From positions 1,000 through 64,999 of the forward strand of contig JAFGSM010000080.1 in assembly GCA_016934595.1 (NCBI GenBank): 64,000 bases of DNA, in the 5' to 3' direction. The translations under genes were made by a program, and so were the position numbers. The stretch's first letter is position 1. Each line of letters opens with the position of its first letter. Below, piece by piece: positions 1 to 9,269 of this stretch. The DNA comes from a bacterium. Its GTDB lineage: Bacteria; SZUA-182; DTGQ01; JAFGSM01. Under the pieces are notes generated by a model. The model had not been told where the DNA came from, did not search any database, and saw only the letters and a program-made list of their open reading frames with translations.

Positions 1-560
1 AGGAATTCCTCCAGGCTTATCGAGGTTTTTTGGGCGAGTGGATGGCTCGCATTCAAAGCAAGGGCCATAACATCCTCTATAAAATCGAAATATAAAAGTT
101 GATCTTCGTTGATCTTGCTGCCTATAACGCCCAAATCAAGGCCTCCATCTATAACCTCCTGTGCTATAGACAGGGTATCACCTATGCTGGAAAAAATCTT
201 TACACACGGGTTTTCTTTGCAGAATCTTTGAATAAAGGGCAAAAGGATATATGCCCCGGGGATATTACTTGAGCCCAGTTTAATTTCTCCCTTCCTGATC
301 CCCAGTATATCATTGATTGCCAGCCTCGCCTTTTTTTCGGATTCAACCATTATCCCTGCGTGCTGTAAAAGGATTTCTCCCGCCTTTGTCAAGACAATCC
401 TTTTGCCGAGACGGTCAAACAGTTTTGTTCCCAATTCCTTTTCCAATGCAATGATCTGGCAGCTTACTGAGGGCTGGCTTAGGTGAACTGCATTGGCCGC
501 CATGGAAAAGCTCTCCATCTCTGCGATCTTTATAAAACTTCTTAATTGTTCCAATGTCAT
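1..560 (-). CDS. LysR-family transcriptional regulator (partial; runs off window start)
   Basis: My translation of the reverse complement from the ATG at 560 gives MTLEQLRSFIKIAEMESFSMAANAVHLSQPSVSCQIIALEKELGTKLFDRLGKRIVLTKAG..., a typical LysR N-terminal wHTH followed by a substrate-binding domain. No stop codon before position 1, so the six-frame track does not list it. Confidence 0.7.
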   Translation of the reverse strand, partial: MTLEQLRSFIKIAEMESFSMAANAVHLSQPSVSCQIIALEKELGTKLFDRLGKRIVLTKAGEILLQHAGIMVESEKKARLAINDILGIRKGEIKLGSSNIPGAYILLPFIQRFCKENPCVKIFSSIGDTLSIAQEVIDGGLDLGVIGSKINEDQLLYFDFIEDVMALALNASHPLAQKTSISLEEF

Positions 561-575
561 ATATTCTTATCAATG

Positions 576-1451
576 TCACTTTATATCAGCCCAGGCATTT
601 TTTGTCTTTTCAATGGCCTCAGGCAAATATTTTATGATTTCCGAAATCTGTGTGGCAGGATTGGGATTAGCCAGCTTTCCAGCCCAGCGGTTGGCTTTTG
701 AGGCAAATGAGCAGGCTTCAACAATATTCATGCCCTTGTATATGAGGGCGGCGGCTATGCCCGTAATGGTGTCGCCTGTCCCGCCAATAGCCTCCAATAC
801 CTCCACAGAGGGGTCATCTACCTTCTCAACAATGGACCCATTGCAGCACACATAGTCTGTGCATCCCTTGACACATAAATATTTTGCCGAATTATTATAC
901 TTATAAGCCCTCTCTATCAGGGCAGCGGCCTCCCCCTCCAGGTGGCATATAAAACCCCTGGTGTAGGCAGGGTGGGAAGCCTTATCGTCAGCCAAAAACG
1001 CCAGTTCTCCAAGGTCAGGTGTAAAAAGGTCGTAAAGGGAGGCTTGTCCGGCAGCTTTGGCCACATACATTGATCCTGCGTCTGCTATCAGGCAAGGGAT
1101 TGGGTCAAGCCTTTGAATGACTGCCATAAGCCTTTTGTGATATTGAATGTTCGGCATAAGGTAATGAAGGACAAGCGTCTTTACCCTGTTTTTCTGAACA
1201 AACGCCTGTATTCCCTCGTATATATTGGCTCCACTTGTTTTTTGTCCTATATCGCCTGCCATTATAACATAGGGTGGGTCCAGATTAAAATACCGGCATG
1301 CTGCTGCAGCCGCCCCCACAAGGGAGGCTGTGCCACGAGTTAAAGGCAAATTCATTGCGTTTATCCTGATAATACCCTTTTCGCCAAAGTCTGCCCTCCC
1401 TGCTATGATCTCTCCAACATTACTTGGCACTGTGCCGGCAAGAAGAAGCAT
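576..1451 (-). CDS. YjeF C-terminal / NnrD-like carbohydrate-kinase-fold protein (ADP-dependent NAD(P)H-hydrate dehydratase family)
   Basis: Motifs LIADAGSM, FTPDLGELAFL, CVKGCTDYV and AIGGTGDTITG line up with the VlDADAL / LTPHpGE / vLKGsgT / GGsGDVLtG pattern of the YjeF_C/NnrD family. It is the last gene of the YeeE-TusA-DUF3343 operon. Confidence 0.5.
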   Translation of the reverse strand: MLLLAGTVPSNVGEIIAGRADFGEKGIIRINAMNLPLTRGTASLVGAAAAACRYFNLDPPYVIMAGDIGQKTSGANIYEGIQAFVQKNRVKTLVLHYLMPNIQYHKRLMAVIQRLDPIPCLIADAGSMYVAKAAGQASLYDLFTPDLGELAFLADDKASHPAYTRGFICHLEGEAAALIERAYKYNNSAKYLCVKGCTDYVCCNGSIVEKVDDPSVEVLEAIGGTGDTITGIAAALIYKGMNIVEACSFASKANRWAGKLANPNPATQISEIIKYLPEAIEKTKNAWADIK

Positions 1452-1454
1452 AAA

Positions 1455-2003
1455 TTAGGCCTCCGCTCCGCCCAGGAGATGTCTTATCTCTTCATAGGCC
1501 ACATTTAATGTGTAAGCGCAGAGGCTAAAACCGATCTGCGCTGGCCCTTCGCATTCATTAAGGGTTTTTCCTATCATCCGGTCAGCAAGATATGGGACAT
1601 CCGGACAACCACCTCCGGATATATTGACTATCTTCAGATTCCCTTTTTCAACGGTTATCTTCATGTTTGCTGCACGCACCATAAGATAACCGCCGAAGTC
1701 TTTTACCCTGCATAATTCCAGAGGGGACGTCGTTTCGTCCGACACAGGAACGATATTGAGCGGAGGGTTCCCGGATTCTTCAAGCTCCCTTGTCATAACA
1801 GTCTGCTCAATCAGATCGAAGGCCACGACAAGGTCGCACCCTGTCCTTATATGCGGAGGAGGCGCCATCAGGCGCACCTTAAAGCCGGCCTTTTTCAGTG
1901 TCTTCTCTGCCCTTATGGCCTGGCCTGCCTCCTGAAAAACAAAAAGCCCCCGTGCCTCTTCTCCTTTAGAATCAACCTTTTTCTTTAGAATATCTTTTAG
2001 CAT
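1455..2003 (-). CDS. DUF3343 (Pfam 'putative Se/S carrier protein-like') domain protein
   Basis: The N-terminal half (FVFQEAGQAIRAEKTLKKAGFKVRLMAPPPHIRTGCDLVVAF) matches the DUF3343 fold with its conserved Cys. The C-terminal half is uncharacterised and carries a GGGC motif. Only a 3-bp gap separates it from the downstream gene. Confidence 0.5.
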   Translation of the reverse strand: MLKDILKKKVDSKGEEARGLFVFQEAGQAIRAEKTLKKAGFKVRLMAPPPHIRTGCDLVVAFDLIEQTVMTRELEESGNPPLNIVPVSDETTSPLELCRVKDFGGYLMVRAANMKITVEKGNLKIVNISGGGCPDVPYLADRMIGKTLNECEGPAQIGFSLCAYTLNVAYEEIRHLLGGAEA

Positions 2004-2126
2004 GAAAAACCCGTGCCTTCATCTTTAAAATCCTGGGTTCCGGCTTTCGCCGGAATGACAGGAAAGGTTATTTTCATCTCCCTTTGTGAATCGGAGATTC
2101 ATGGGCGTTTCAAGAAAATCTACTTT

Positions 2127-2339
2127 CTACTTTTTAAGGGTAAGGATGAATTCGTCCCCCTCCTCTTTACATTCAATCTTCCATCCTTCATGTTCAGCCA
2201 ATCTGGAGATGTTGTCCCTCGAAGTGCCTGTGTCGACAATCACCTCAAATGTCCCCCTTCCCAATTCCTTCATCTTGTTCCTTGTCAAAACAACCGGTTG
2301 CGGGCAGGACAATCCCCTTGCATCAACTTTGTTAATCAT
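2127..2339 (-). CDS. TusA-like sulfurtransferase (CPxP motif)
   Basis: A 70-aa protein with the canonical N-terminal RGLSCPQPVV motif of the TusA/SirA family. The RBS aaaggagg sits just upstream of the ATG on the minus strand. Confidence 0.8.
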   Translation of the reverse strand: MINKVDARGLSCPQPVVLTRNKMKELGRGTFEVIVDTGTSRDNISRLAEHEGWKIECKEEGDEFILTLKK

Positions 2340-2450
2340 TATGTTTCCTCCTTTTTGTGGTTCCGGCTAGAGCCGTTAATTTCTTTGTAACCCCCATGAC
2401 CTTGCAGTCACAACGAAGCATAAAGTGGTGAACTATTACAATTTTTTAAT

Positions 2451-3521
2451 TCAAGCGGTTTGCCTCATGCCAAAGCCAATGCCTAAACAAACTATAATCC
2501 CTATTATTACAGATGCAGGGCCCCATACGGACGGACCTGTGGGGGCGCTTGCCATCGCAAAATTATGTGCAAAAGCGGCTCCGGCCAGCATCCCGAGTAC
2601 AAATATGGCTGCATCTCCATCCCCCTCGCCTGACATGAACAACTGCCTTCCAGGGCACCCCCCCGCAAGCGCAAATGCAAGGCCGGCCAGCACCATGCCT
2701 CCGAAATTCCATAAATGGTTGCTATGGGCTATTGGCTGGCCTGTTATTCCAGGTTGGAACTGCCTGAAAACAAGATTTGTAATAAAAGCTCCGGCTATCA
2801 AGGCAATAACCCCGGAAATAAGATGCGTGTCGCGAATCAGTATAATATCCCTGAATGCGCCCATTGTGCAAAACCTGGTCCTCTGTGCCAGGAATCCTAT
2901 GATTATGGCAATGCTAAGGGATATAAGAACAGGGGCATATTGCGCCCCTGGACCGCTTTCACTGAAAAAAAGGCCGCCTGTAGGGAGCTTTGGCCGGAAA
3001 AGAAGGAGGAGAAGGAATGCAATCATGGTGACAGGAAACAGCAGCCCTGCGAATGTGTTTGACTTATGGTTCCGGCCCAGACTATACCCCGATTTTATAA
3101 AAAGGACGCCGATCCATACCCCAACAACAAGACCCAATATCCCTAAAATGGCATTGCCATCCCCGCCAGCGAGCCTGAGCATGGCGCGCCATGGGCATCC
3201 AAGGAAAACAAGCGACCCTGTCATGGCAAAAAAGCCCAAGATAAACCTTGCGATGGGGGAAGATCCTCCTCTGGGCTTATATTCTTTAAAAAGCAATGCG
3301 GCGATAAATGCCCCAAGCACAAAACCGATGATCTCAGGCCTCATGTATTGCACAACCGCCGCACGGTGAAAACCCAGTGCCCCTGCAATATCCCTTTCCA
3401 TACAGGCCACGCATATCCCCATATTTTTGGGGTTTCCCAGCCTTTGTAAGATGGAGGCAAAGACGCCTATGATTGATCCCACAATGACAATGCCCTTCCT
3501 GGTTGTAAAGAATTTTGACAT
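2451..3521 (-). CDS. YeeE/YedE-family membrane transporter (thiosulfate/sulfur- or selenium-compound uptake)
   Basis: A 356-aa polytopic membrane protein with two repeated halves and conserved Cys-containing motifs (CVACMERDIAGALG and ALAGGCPGRQLF) typical of YeeE/YedE. It is immediately followed by a TusA-like gene, as in the known yeeE-yeeD pairs. Confidence 0.75.
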   Translation of the reverse strand: MSKFFTTRKGIVIVGSIIGVFASILQRLGNPKNMGICVACMERDIAGALGFHRAAVVQYMRPEIIGFVLGAFIAALLFKEYKPRGGSSPIARFILGFFAMTGSLVFLGCPWRAMLRLAGGDGNAILGILGLVVGVWIGVLFIKSGYSLGRNHKSNTFAGLLFPVTMIAFLLLLLFRPKLPTGGLFFSESGPGAQYAPVLISLSIAIIIGFLAQRTRFCTMGAFRDIILIRDTHLISGVIALIAGAFITNLVFRQFQPGITGQPIAHSNHLWNFGGMVLAGLAFALAGGCPGRQLFMSGEGDGDAAIFVLGMLAGAAFAHNFAMASAPTGPSVWGPASVIIGIIVCLGIGFGMRQTA

Positions 3522-3806
3522 ACTGTCGTAACCCCCCTTTCGTTTTAGATAAACAAGGCAGATTAGTAATTATTCAATATGCTGCTAATATGGCCCATAT
3601 AGCCTCTTTAGAAATTGCAGTTGTAAACTATTATATTATTAATAAAATCAATATGTCAAATTGAAATTTTAAATAATAGCCCCCTTTTGAATCAGAAATA
3701 ACTATATTTACGAGTCCATCAATATTTCGGTATGCGTGTTTCATTATTTTATAAATAGCAACCTTCAAATTGACAGATTTCCCTTCATATAGTAAGCTTT
3801 TCTGAT

Positions 3807-5870
3807 ATGATTTATATCCAGAACATCAAAAAACATTTCGGGCACAAAACCATATTCGATAGCGCTTCAGCCCATATACCCCCTAAGACTAGAGTTGGCC
3901 TGGTGGGACCCAATGGCTCTGGGAAAACTACGCTCCTTCGGATCTTAACCGGTGAAGAGGAACTGGATGGCGGCGGTATCTTTATAAATAAAGGAGCCCG
4001 GGCCGGTTATCTCAAACAGGAGGTATGGGATAATCCAGACCGCGGCATTTTGGCAGAGACGCTGTCGGGTTTTCCTGATCTTCAAAAGATTGAACAGGGC
4101 CTGATAGAACTGGAACGGCAGATGGAGGGCAAATTTCTGCCTGACACCCTTGAAAAATATGGAGAGTTGCGTCATCTTTTTGAGATACAAGGCGGTTACG
4201 ATATAGAACATCAGGCCAAGTCATTGCTTTGCGGCATGGGTTTCCGTCCGGAGCAATTCGCTCAGCCCCTGCACCAGTTCTCAGGCGGTTGGATGATGCG
4301 CGTCTGTCTCGCTAAATTACTATTGGCCAAGCCCGATGTGCTTTTGCTGGATGAGCCAACGAACCATCTTGACCTGGAGACTATATTATGGCTTGAAAAT
4401 TTTTTGCTTGAATATCCTGGCACCATCGTGTTCACAACACACGACCAGGTATTTATGCAGAATGTGGCAGGGCGTATTCTGGAAATCAGCCGGTGCAAGT
4501 TGTTTACATTTATAGGAAGCTTCGAGGAATATGTGGAGGAAAAGGCTTCCAGGCAGGAACAGATCGAGGCCCAGTATAAAAACCAGCAGAAAAAGGTCGA
4601 ACAGCAGGAGCGTTTTATTGAGCGCTTCCGGTACAAGGCCACCAAGGCAAAGCAGGTGCAAAGCCGTATCAAAATGCTTCAGAAAAAGGAACGGGTGGAT
4701 ATGATAGAAGACACCCCGCGTGCGATGAAGATTCGCCTGCCCCAACCACCCCGGTCAGGTCAAAAGGTGGTGCATGTCTCAAATGTTACAAAAAAATACG
4801 GCGAGAAGACGGTCTATGAAGGGCTAAACCTTATCATCGAACGGGGTGAGAAGGCGGTGCTGGTTGGGCCGAACGGTGCAGGCAAATCTACACTCCTCAA
4901 GATTATAGCCGGAGTAATAGACATCCAGGCTGGAACCGTATCTTATGGCCACCAGGTCACAATGGATTACTACGCCCAGCATCAGCTCGAAACCCTGAAT
5001 CCGGATTTCAGCATACTGGAGGAATTGACGGCTGTGACACAGGACTTCACTCTTGAGAAACGCCGAAAACTATTAGGGGCATTCCTGTTCTCAGGCGAAG
5101 ATGTTTTTAAGCGCATCTCCATTTTGTCCGGCGGCGAAAAGGCACGAATCGCCCTGGTTAAAATGCTATGCCGGCCAATGAATTTCCTGGTCATGGATGA
5201 GCCTACCAATCACCTGGATATCCTTTCTCGTCAGGTACTTGAGGATGCGCTGTCAGACTATGATGGAACACTTGTTTTTATCTCCCATGACAGGGCATTT
5301 ATCAATTCCTTCGCAAACCGTGTTATCGAGATCAGGGATGGCAAACTGCACAGCTATCCAGGAAATTACGATGACTATGAATGGAAAAAAGCCCAGGAAA
5401 AACCACAAACACCTCTTGATCAAAAAATAAAAAACCGGCTGTCACCCGAATGCGTGGCCCCGGATATTCACGGCTCAAATTCTAATGAAAAGCCCATGAA
5501 TCTTAGATTCACAAAGGGGAATGAAAATATACAGAAGGGATTTTCAGATAAAAAAATCCCGGGCAAAAAAGACGGGCGTCGCGTGCGAGCCGAAAGGATA
5601 CAGGAAAAATCCAGGCGTCTAAAACCGCTTAAGGAGAAACTGGCTATTCTGGAAAAAGATATAGCAGCCCTGGAAGCAGAAAAAGAGGTAATCTCATCGG
5701 CAATATGCGACCCTAATATCATAAGCGATACTTCAGTCTATCCGCAAAAACTCAAAAGACACCGTGTCCTTGAGACAAGACTCCAAATATATTATGACGA
5801 ATGGGCAGAAACTTCCCAGCAGATAGAGGAAACCCTTTCAGAGTTTTCAGAGTTACAACCGGGTGATTAA
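3807..5870 (+). CDS. ABC-F family ATPase (EttA/Uup/YheS-like, two ABC domains) with an extended C-terminal tail
   Basis: Two Walker A motifs ([18 protein letters not shown]), two ABC signature motifs ([19 protein letters not shown]) and no TMDs. The C-terminal roughly 150 aa is a coiled-coil tail that contains an in-frame copy of the dispersed repeat (aa ...[23 protein letters not shown]...). Confidence 0.85.
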   Translation: MIYIQNIKKHFGHKTIFDSASAHIPPKTRVGLVGPNGSGKTTLLRILTGEEELDGGGIFINKGARAGYLKQEVWDNPDRGILAETLSGFPDLQKIEQGLIELERQMEGKFLPDTLEKYGELRHLFEIQGGYDIEHQAKSLLCGMGFRPEQFAQPLHQFSGGWMMRVCLAKLLLAKPDVLLLDEPTNHLDLETILWLENFLLEYPGTIVFTTHDQVFMQNVAGRILEISRCKLFTFIGSFEEYVEEKASRQEQIEAQYKNQQKKVEQQERFIERFRYKATKAKQVQSRIKMLQKKERVDMIEDTPRAMKIRLPQPPRSGQKVVHVSNVTKKYGEKTVYEGLNLIIERGEKAVLVGPNGAGKSTLLKIIAGVIDIQAGTVSYGHQVTMDYYAQHQLETLNPDFSILEELTAVTQDFTLEKRRKLLGAFLFSGEDVFKRISILSGGEKARIALVKMLCRPMNFLVMDEPTNHLDILSRQVLEDALSDYDGTLVFISHDRAFINSFANRVIEIRDGKLHSYPGNYDDYEWKKAQEKPQTPLDQKIKNRLSPECVAPDIHGSNSNEKPMNLRFTKGNENIQKGFSDKKIPGKKDGRRVRAERIQEKSRRLKPLKEKLAILEKDIAALEAEKEVISSAICDPNIISDTSVYPQKLKRHRVLETRLQIYYDEWAETSQQIEETLSEFSELQPGD
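5496..5560 (+). repeat. One unit of the dispersed structured repeat family, inserted in-frame in the ABC-F tail
   Basis: ATGAATCTTAGATTCACAAAGGGGAATGAAAATATACAGAAGGGATTTTCAGATAAAAAAAT matches the units at 58878, 14803 and 8911. It contains two palindromes: TGAATCTtAGATTCA and GAAAATatacagaagggATTTTC. Confidence 0.7.
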
Positions 5871-5906
5871 GATCATCTTAAAAGTCAGACCAACACATTA
5901 ATGACA

Positions 5907-6308
5907 TTACAGATAATCGCAAACCATAAACTTATAACCATCCTCAAAAAGCACCTCCATTTTTTGTGGAGTGATTATATTAGTAACAATCCCTATGCCA
6001 AATTTACTATGATTGATTATCTCATCGATCTTATAAGAACCTCCCATAGTATATAATTTGGCCGAAGCAGAGTCCTTATTTGCCAGAATTTCCTTCCATA
6101 ATTCTGTCTCCTTTTCCTGTGTCCGCGCCAGTTTACCCCTTTTCTTCCTGGGCGCTTTTTCAGTCTTGGATACATCAGCGGACTCTTTCAGTTTAGCCTT
6201 TTTACGGATGCCTGGTTCGCTGGCTCTATAGATATGTTGAGCCTGGCAGGTAAGGCATTTCACCTTCTTGGGACGTCCATCTAAAATGGCCACTACAACA
6301 TGGTTCAA
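5907..6308 (-). CDS. Hypothetical small protein: N-terminal CxxC zinc-ribbon-like motif, Lys-rich linker, C-terminal UvrD/PcrA-C-terminal (Tudor-like) resembling segment
   Basis: A 133-aa ORF. KKVKCLTCQAQH and a basic low-complexity stretch are followed by KIDEIINHSKFGIGIVTNI, which resembles the GDxVxHxxFGxGxV motif. No confident family assignment. Confidence 0.35.
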   Translation of the reverse strand: MNHVVVAILDGRPKKVKCLTCQAQHIYRASEPGIRKKAKLKESADVSKTEKAPRKKRGKLARTQEKETELWKEILANKDSASAKLYTMGGSYKIDEIINHSKFGIGIVTNIITPQKMEVLFEDGYKFMVCDYL

Positions 6309-6662
6309 AACCAGTTTGCATTTTGTACAGTATGCGTCGATCTCATCGCCTGCTATTATTTCTTCTTTTATTTTAATTTTAATCTCCCCCTTCCCTTGAT
6401 AAAATATTTAAAATACAATATCGATCAATATGCCATTTGTGTTTACAGATTTTTCATAATGCCCCCAAATTTTAGATATTATATCAAAGATCAATCAAAA
6501 ATTGAAGTCGTGAAATAACTAATTGTAATCATATATAATAGGCAGAAACGCTTCAATTTTTGTGTCTAACTTTTTGATGAGTTTATAACTTCTAACCTCT
6601 AAAGTTTTAATTAATAAATACCGATAAATAATAGTAGATAATAAAATAAAGGAGGGGGGATA

Positions 6663-7076
6663 ATGAATCTCGTAGAAATAGGGGAAAGGGAAAAGGTTCA
6701 AAGGAAAAAAACCTTAAACCCGTGCCGGATATTGATCGTGGATGACGATCTTTCAATCCGTTCACTGCTGCAAAACTTGCTTAACATGAAGGGCTATGAT
6801 GTCTGGACAGCCGAAGATGCCCTTGCGGCATACCAGGAGATAGAAAGTATCAACCCTCAGTTAATCATTCTCGATATCAGATTGCCATCTGTGGATGGGA
6901 TTGATTTTTTGCATATACTCCAAAATAAGAATATCCATGCGAAGGTCATATTTATGAGCGCTTATGACGATATGGACATCGACAGGGCCTTTTATATGGG
7001 GGCGTATGATTATATAAAAAAGCCCTTTCACCCTGAAGAGATTATCCATTCTATAGAAAAAGTCCTGAATTATTGA
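6663..7076 (+). CDS. Single-domain response regulator (CheY-like receiver)
   Basis: ILIVDDDLSIRSLL...LIILDIRLPSVDGIDFL...KVIFMSAY...KPF carries the receiver-domain Asp pocket and the phospho-acceptor Asp in ILDIRLP. A strong RBS (aaggagggggga) lies 4 nt upstream of the ATG. Confidence 0.8.
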   Translation: MNLVEIGEREKVQRKKTLNPCRILIVDDDLSIRSLLQNLLNMKGYDVWTAEDALAAYQEIESINPQLIILDIRLPSVDGIDFLHILQNKNIHAKVIFMSAYDDMDIDRAFYMGAYDYIKKPFHPEEIIHSIEKVLNY

Positions 7077-7179
7077 GCGCCTTGATATTCCGCAGCTTTA
7101 AAAAAGGCACGAATCGTTCCGGCGCATCTGTCCCAAAGTGCATATTCAGCGGCTGTCAGATAAATTATCAACCTCGAAT

Positions 7180-8547
7180 TTAGATGCCTTTCATTTTCCT
7201 GGCAATGCCTTCCCATGTATAATTTTCTTGTATATTATTCCATCCTCTCTGGGCCATCATATGGGCATTTTGCCAATCAAACAAAATTTTCTCTACACCC
7301 CATACCATTGAACTCGTATTATCATAGATCTGAATGCCGTTTTCTTCATGATTTATCAGCCCACAACCTCCGGCCTGTGTGGCTACCACAGGTTTCTTTG
7401 CGCTCCATGCGGAAAGCACCTGAAATGGCTTAGCCCTTTTCCTATTCGGGATCACAACCATATCGGCAGTCTGAAACAGATCATAAAGGTCTCTTCCTTC
7501 CTTGTGACCGACTAAACGAATGGCATGTTCAAAATATAAATAATGGGCCTTAAGTCTCATAGTCCACATCAATTCGCCTTCCCCTACCAATAAAAACCGG
7601 ACCTGCGGATTATTCTTCAGCAAGGCAGGTATTGCATCCACTAAAATATCCGGAGCGTATGCATCATTAAACTCACCTACAAAAAGGGCCAAAGGGTCTA
7701 TAGGTCCTATCGCATATCTTCTTTTGATCTCCCCTTGATCTTTTATACCCTGAAAATCCTGCCAGTTAAATGGCTCTGAAACAACAAACAGCTTGTTATC
7801 AGGCAGTGAGAAACGTTCCTGGATGTCCGCTTTGACTTTCTGATCATGGAAGAAAATCTTTTGACTCCACTGGACTAATCCCTTCTCAAACAAAGCCGCC
7901 TGCCGGGCGGTCTCATCCGCTTTCTCAAATTCTATTAAATTATCATTCGAATGAAGGGTCAATACTATCCGCCTGGGTATGCCGTTTTGAAGGGATTCTA
8001 TCGCCTTTGCGGGCTGCCAATCATGACAATGAATCACATCAAAATGCCTTCCCTTTGCCTCTATCTCTTTTATTGTTTCATAGATACTGGCGCCAAAACT
8101 ATAACAGCTTTTCAACATTGAGAGGGAGGGATCGACCTGGATACGATGAAAATTTACTCCGTCTATTATCTCATTAGCGGCCTGACCCTGTTTTCTCCTT
8201 GTGAATACGTGGACCTCGTCACCTCCACGTGCCATGACAGATGCCAGGTTACAGGCATATACCCCTCTTGGCCCATTAGGTTCCCCATGTATACAATCCC
8301 AACTTAAAATGGCAACCTTCGACATCTTGGTTTGCAAAGCAACCGGGGTCAAGCTCAATACGGATTTCGGCTCTTCTGTCTCAATATCCTTTTTAACAGC
8401 CTGCTTATCTTCTTCACGGGGTTTGATAACCGTAAACTGTTCAAGCGACTTTTTAAAACCTTTACTCTTGGGATTTTTGACAGGTATTTTAACCTGCACG
8501 GGCTTTTGAGTTGAAGCCAACTCTCCTATTGGCGCCATCATATCCAT
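7180..8547 (-). CDS. Glycosyltransferase (GT1/GT5 glycogen/starch-synthase-like) with an ~80-aa Lys-rich N-terminal extension
   Basis: The central segment KVAILSWDCIHGEPNGPRGVYACNLASVMARGGDEVHVF resembles the GT5 N-terminal domain. The C-terminal segment FVGEFNDAYAPD...LVGEGEL...VVIPNRKRAKPFQVL matches the Glycos_transf_1 E-x7-E region. Confidence 0.65.
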   Translation of the reverse strand: MDMMAPIGELASTQKPVQVKIPVKNPKSKGFKKSLEQFTVIKPREEDKQAVKKDIETEEPKSVLSLTPVALQTKMSKVAILSWDCIHGEPNGPRGVYACNLASVMARGGDEVHVFTRRKQGQAANEIIDGVNFHRIQVDPSLSMLKSCYSFGASIYETIKEIEAKGRHFDVIHCHDWQPAKAIESLQNGIPRRIVLTLHSNDNLIEFEKADETARQAALFEKGLVQWSQKIFFHDQKVKADIQERFSLPDNKLFVVSEPFNWQDFQGIKDQGEIKRRYAIGPIDPLALFVGEFNDAYAPDILVDAIPALLKNNPQVRFLLVGEGELMWTMRLKAHYLYFEHAIRLVGHKEGRDLYDLFQTADMVVIPNRKRAKPFQVLSAWSAKKPVVATQAGGCGLINHEENGIQIYDNTSSMVWGVEKILFDWQNAHMMAQRGWNNIQENYTWEGIARKMKGI

Positions 8548-8910
8548 AGCAATCCTCCAATTTCCATAAAATTTAAGTGGATATTGTTTAAAGATAAATA
8601 AAAAAGGATATGCCCCCCCAACTTTTTAAACGGCCACCCTACCCTGCTAAAAATATTACTTACAAATCCTCATGCCGGATCGCGGCGATACAAGAATCAT
8701 AATAAACAACAAGATTTTTTCAAAACAAAGATAAACCAAAAGGGTTAAAAAATCAAATCGTATAAAAATTATATAATGTTTGGACTATTTAGATTTATAC
8801 CTAATTTGTAGTCGAATGTCAATCCGCTTTTTTGTCCATTTTTTTGTCATCCTGAAGACGTGAGGGGTTCATTTTCAATAGTTGGCGACCTTGGCTGGCT
8901 ATATGGCAAA

Positions 8911-8990
8911 TCAATGAAACACTCATGCCTAAATTCGACACAAAGGAGAATGAAAATCCAAAACTATTTTCAGGTGAAAATCAGCGCAGA
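8911..8990 (+). repeat. One unit of the dispersed structured repeat family (intergenic)
   Basis: AATGAAACACTCATGCCTAAATTCGACACAAAGGAGAATGAAAATCCAAAACTATTTTCAGGTGAAAA is nearly identical to one unit (rc) inside the ydbH-like gene at about 14880-14935. It is open-reading-frame-like (MPKFDTKENENPKLFSGENQRRKIEIPK*). Confidence 0.7.
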
Positions 8991-9173
8991 AAAATAGAAA
9001 TCCCGAAGTGATAACTTCGAGGAGTAAAGGTTGATATTTTAGGCTTGTTTATCTATAATTACACGCGTTAATTATCTGCTAAGATTCCTATTTAAACAGG
9101 GAGTTTCATGAAGGATGTTCGGGTGGAATTAAAGCTTAACTTAAATGACATTGGATTGCGAATTCATACGACT

Positions 9174-9246
9174 GCGCCCGTAGCTCAGGGGACAGAGCGC
9201 AGCGCTCCGGACGCTGAAGCCGAAGGTTCAAGTCCTTCCGGGCGCA
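9174..9246 (+). tRNA. tRNA-Arg (anticodon CCG)
   Basis: Hand-folded cloverleaf. Acceptor GCGCCCG/CGGGCGC, D-stem GCTC/GAGC with a G18G19 loop, anticodon stem CAGCG/CGCTG, loop CTCCGGA (U33, CCG, G37), T-stem GAAGG/CCTTC and T-loop TTCAAGT, discriminator A. No encoded CCA. The six-frame ORF 9108..9302 is an artefact over this tRNA. Confidence 0.85.
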
Positions 9247-9269
9247 TAATTATTTCCTTAATTAACAAT

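Noticed and set aside
493-855. 120-aa plus-strand ORF spanning the LysR/YjeF_C junction
   Set aside because: It overlaps two well-supported minus-strand genes and has no RBS. It is spurious.
2425-3369. 314-aa plus-strand ORF antisense to the YeeE gene (and other long antisense ORFs such as 10537..10959, 14624..15088, 15261..16155, 17623..18285, 25401..25688, 29325..30284, 30567..31220)
   Set aside because: Each lies entirely within a well-supported gene on the opposite strand and has low-complexity, Pro/Ser/Arg-rich translations typical of antisense frames in mid-GC genomes.
3770-3798. TTGACA-17nt-TAAGCT promoter-like hexamers 8 nt upstream of the ABC-F start
   Set aside because: The -10 element is poor, and it is too close to the ATG for a normal leader. 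It may be a real but weak promoter and is not reported as a feature.
6300-6701. Two small ORFs (72 and 60 aa) in the AT-rich region upstream of the response regulator
   Set aside because: Their translations are extremely AT-codon-biased and Ile/Tyr/Phe/Lys-rich, with no RBS. They are most likely non-coding promoter or regulatory DNA.
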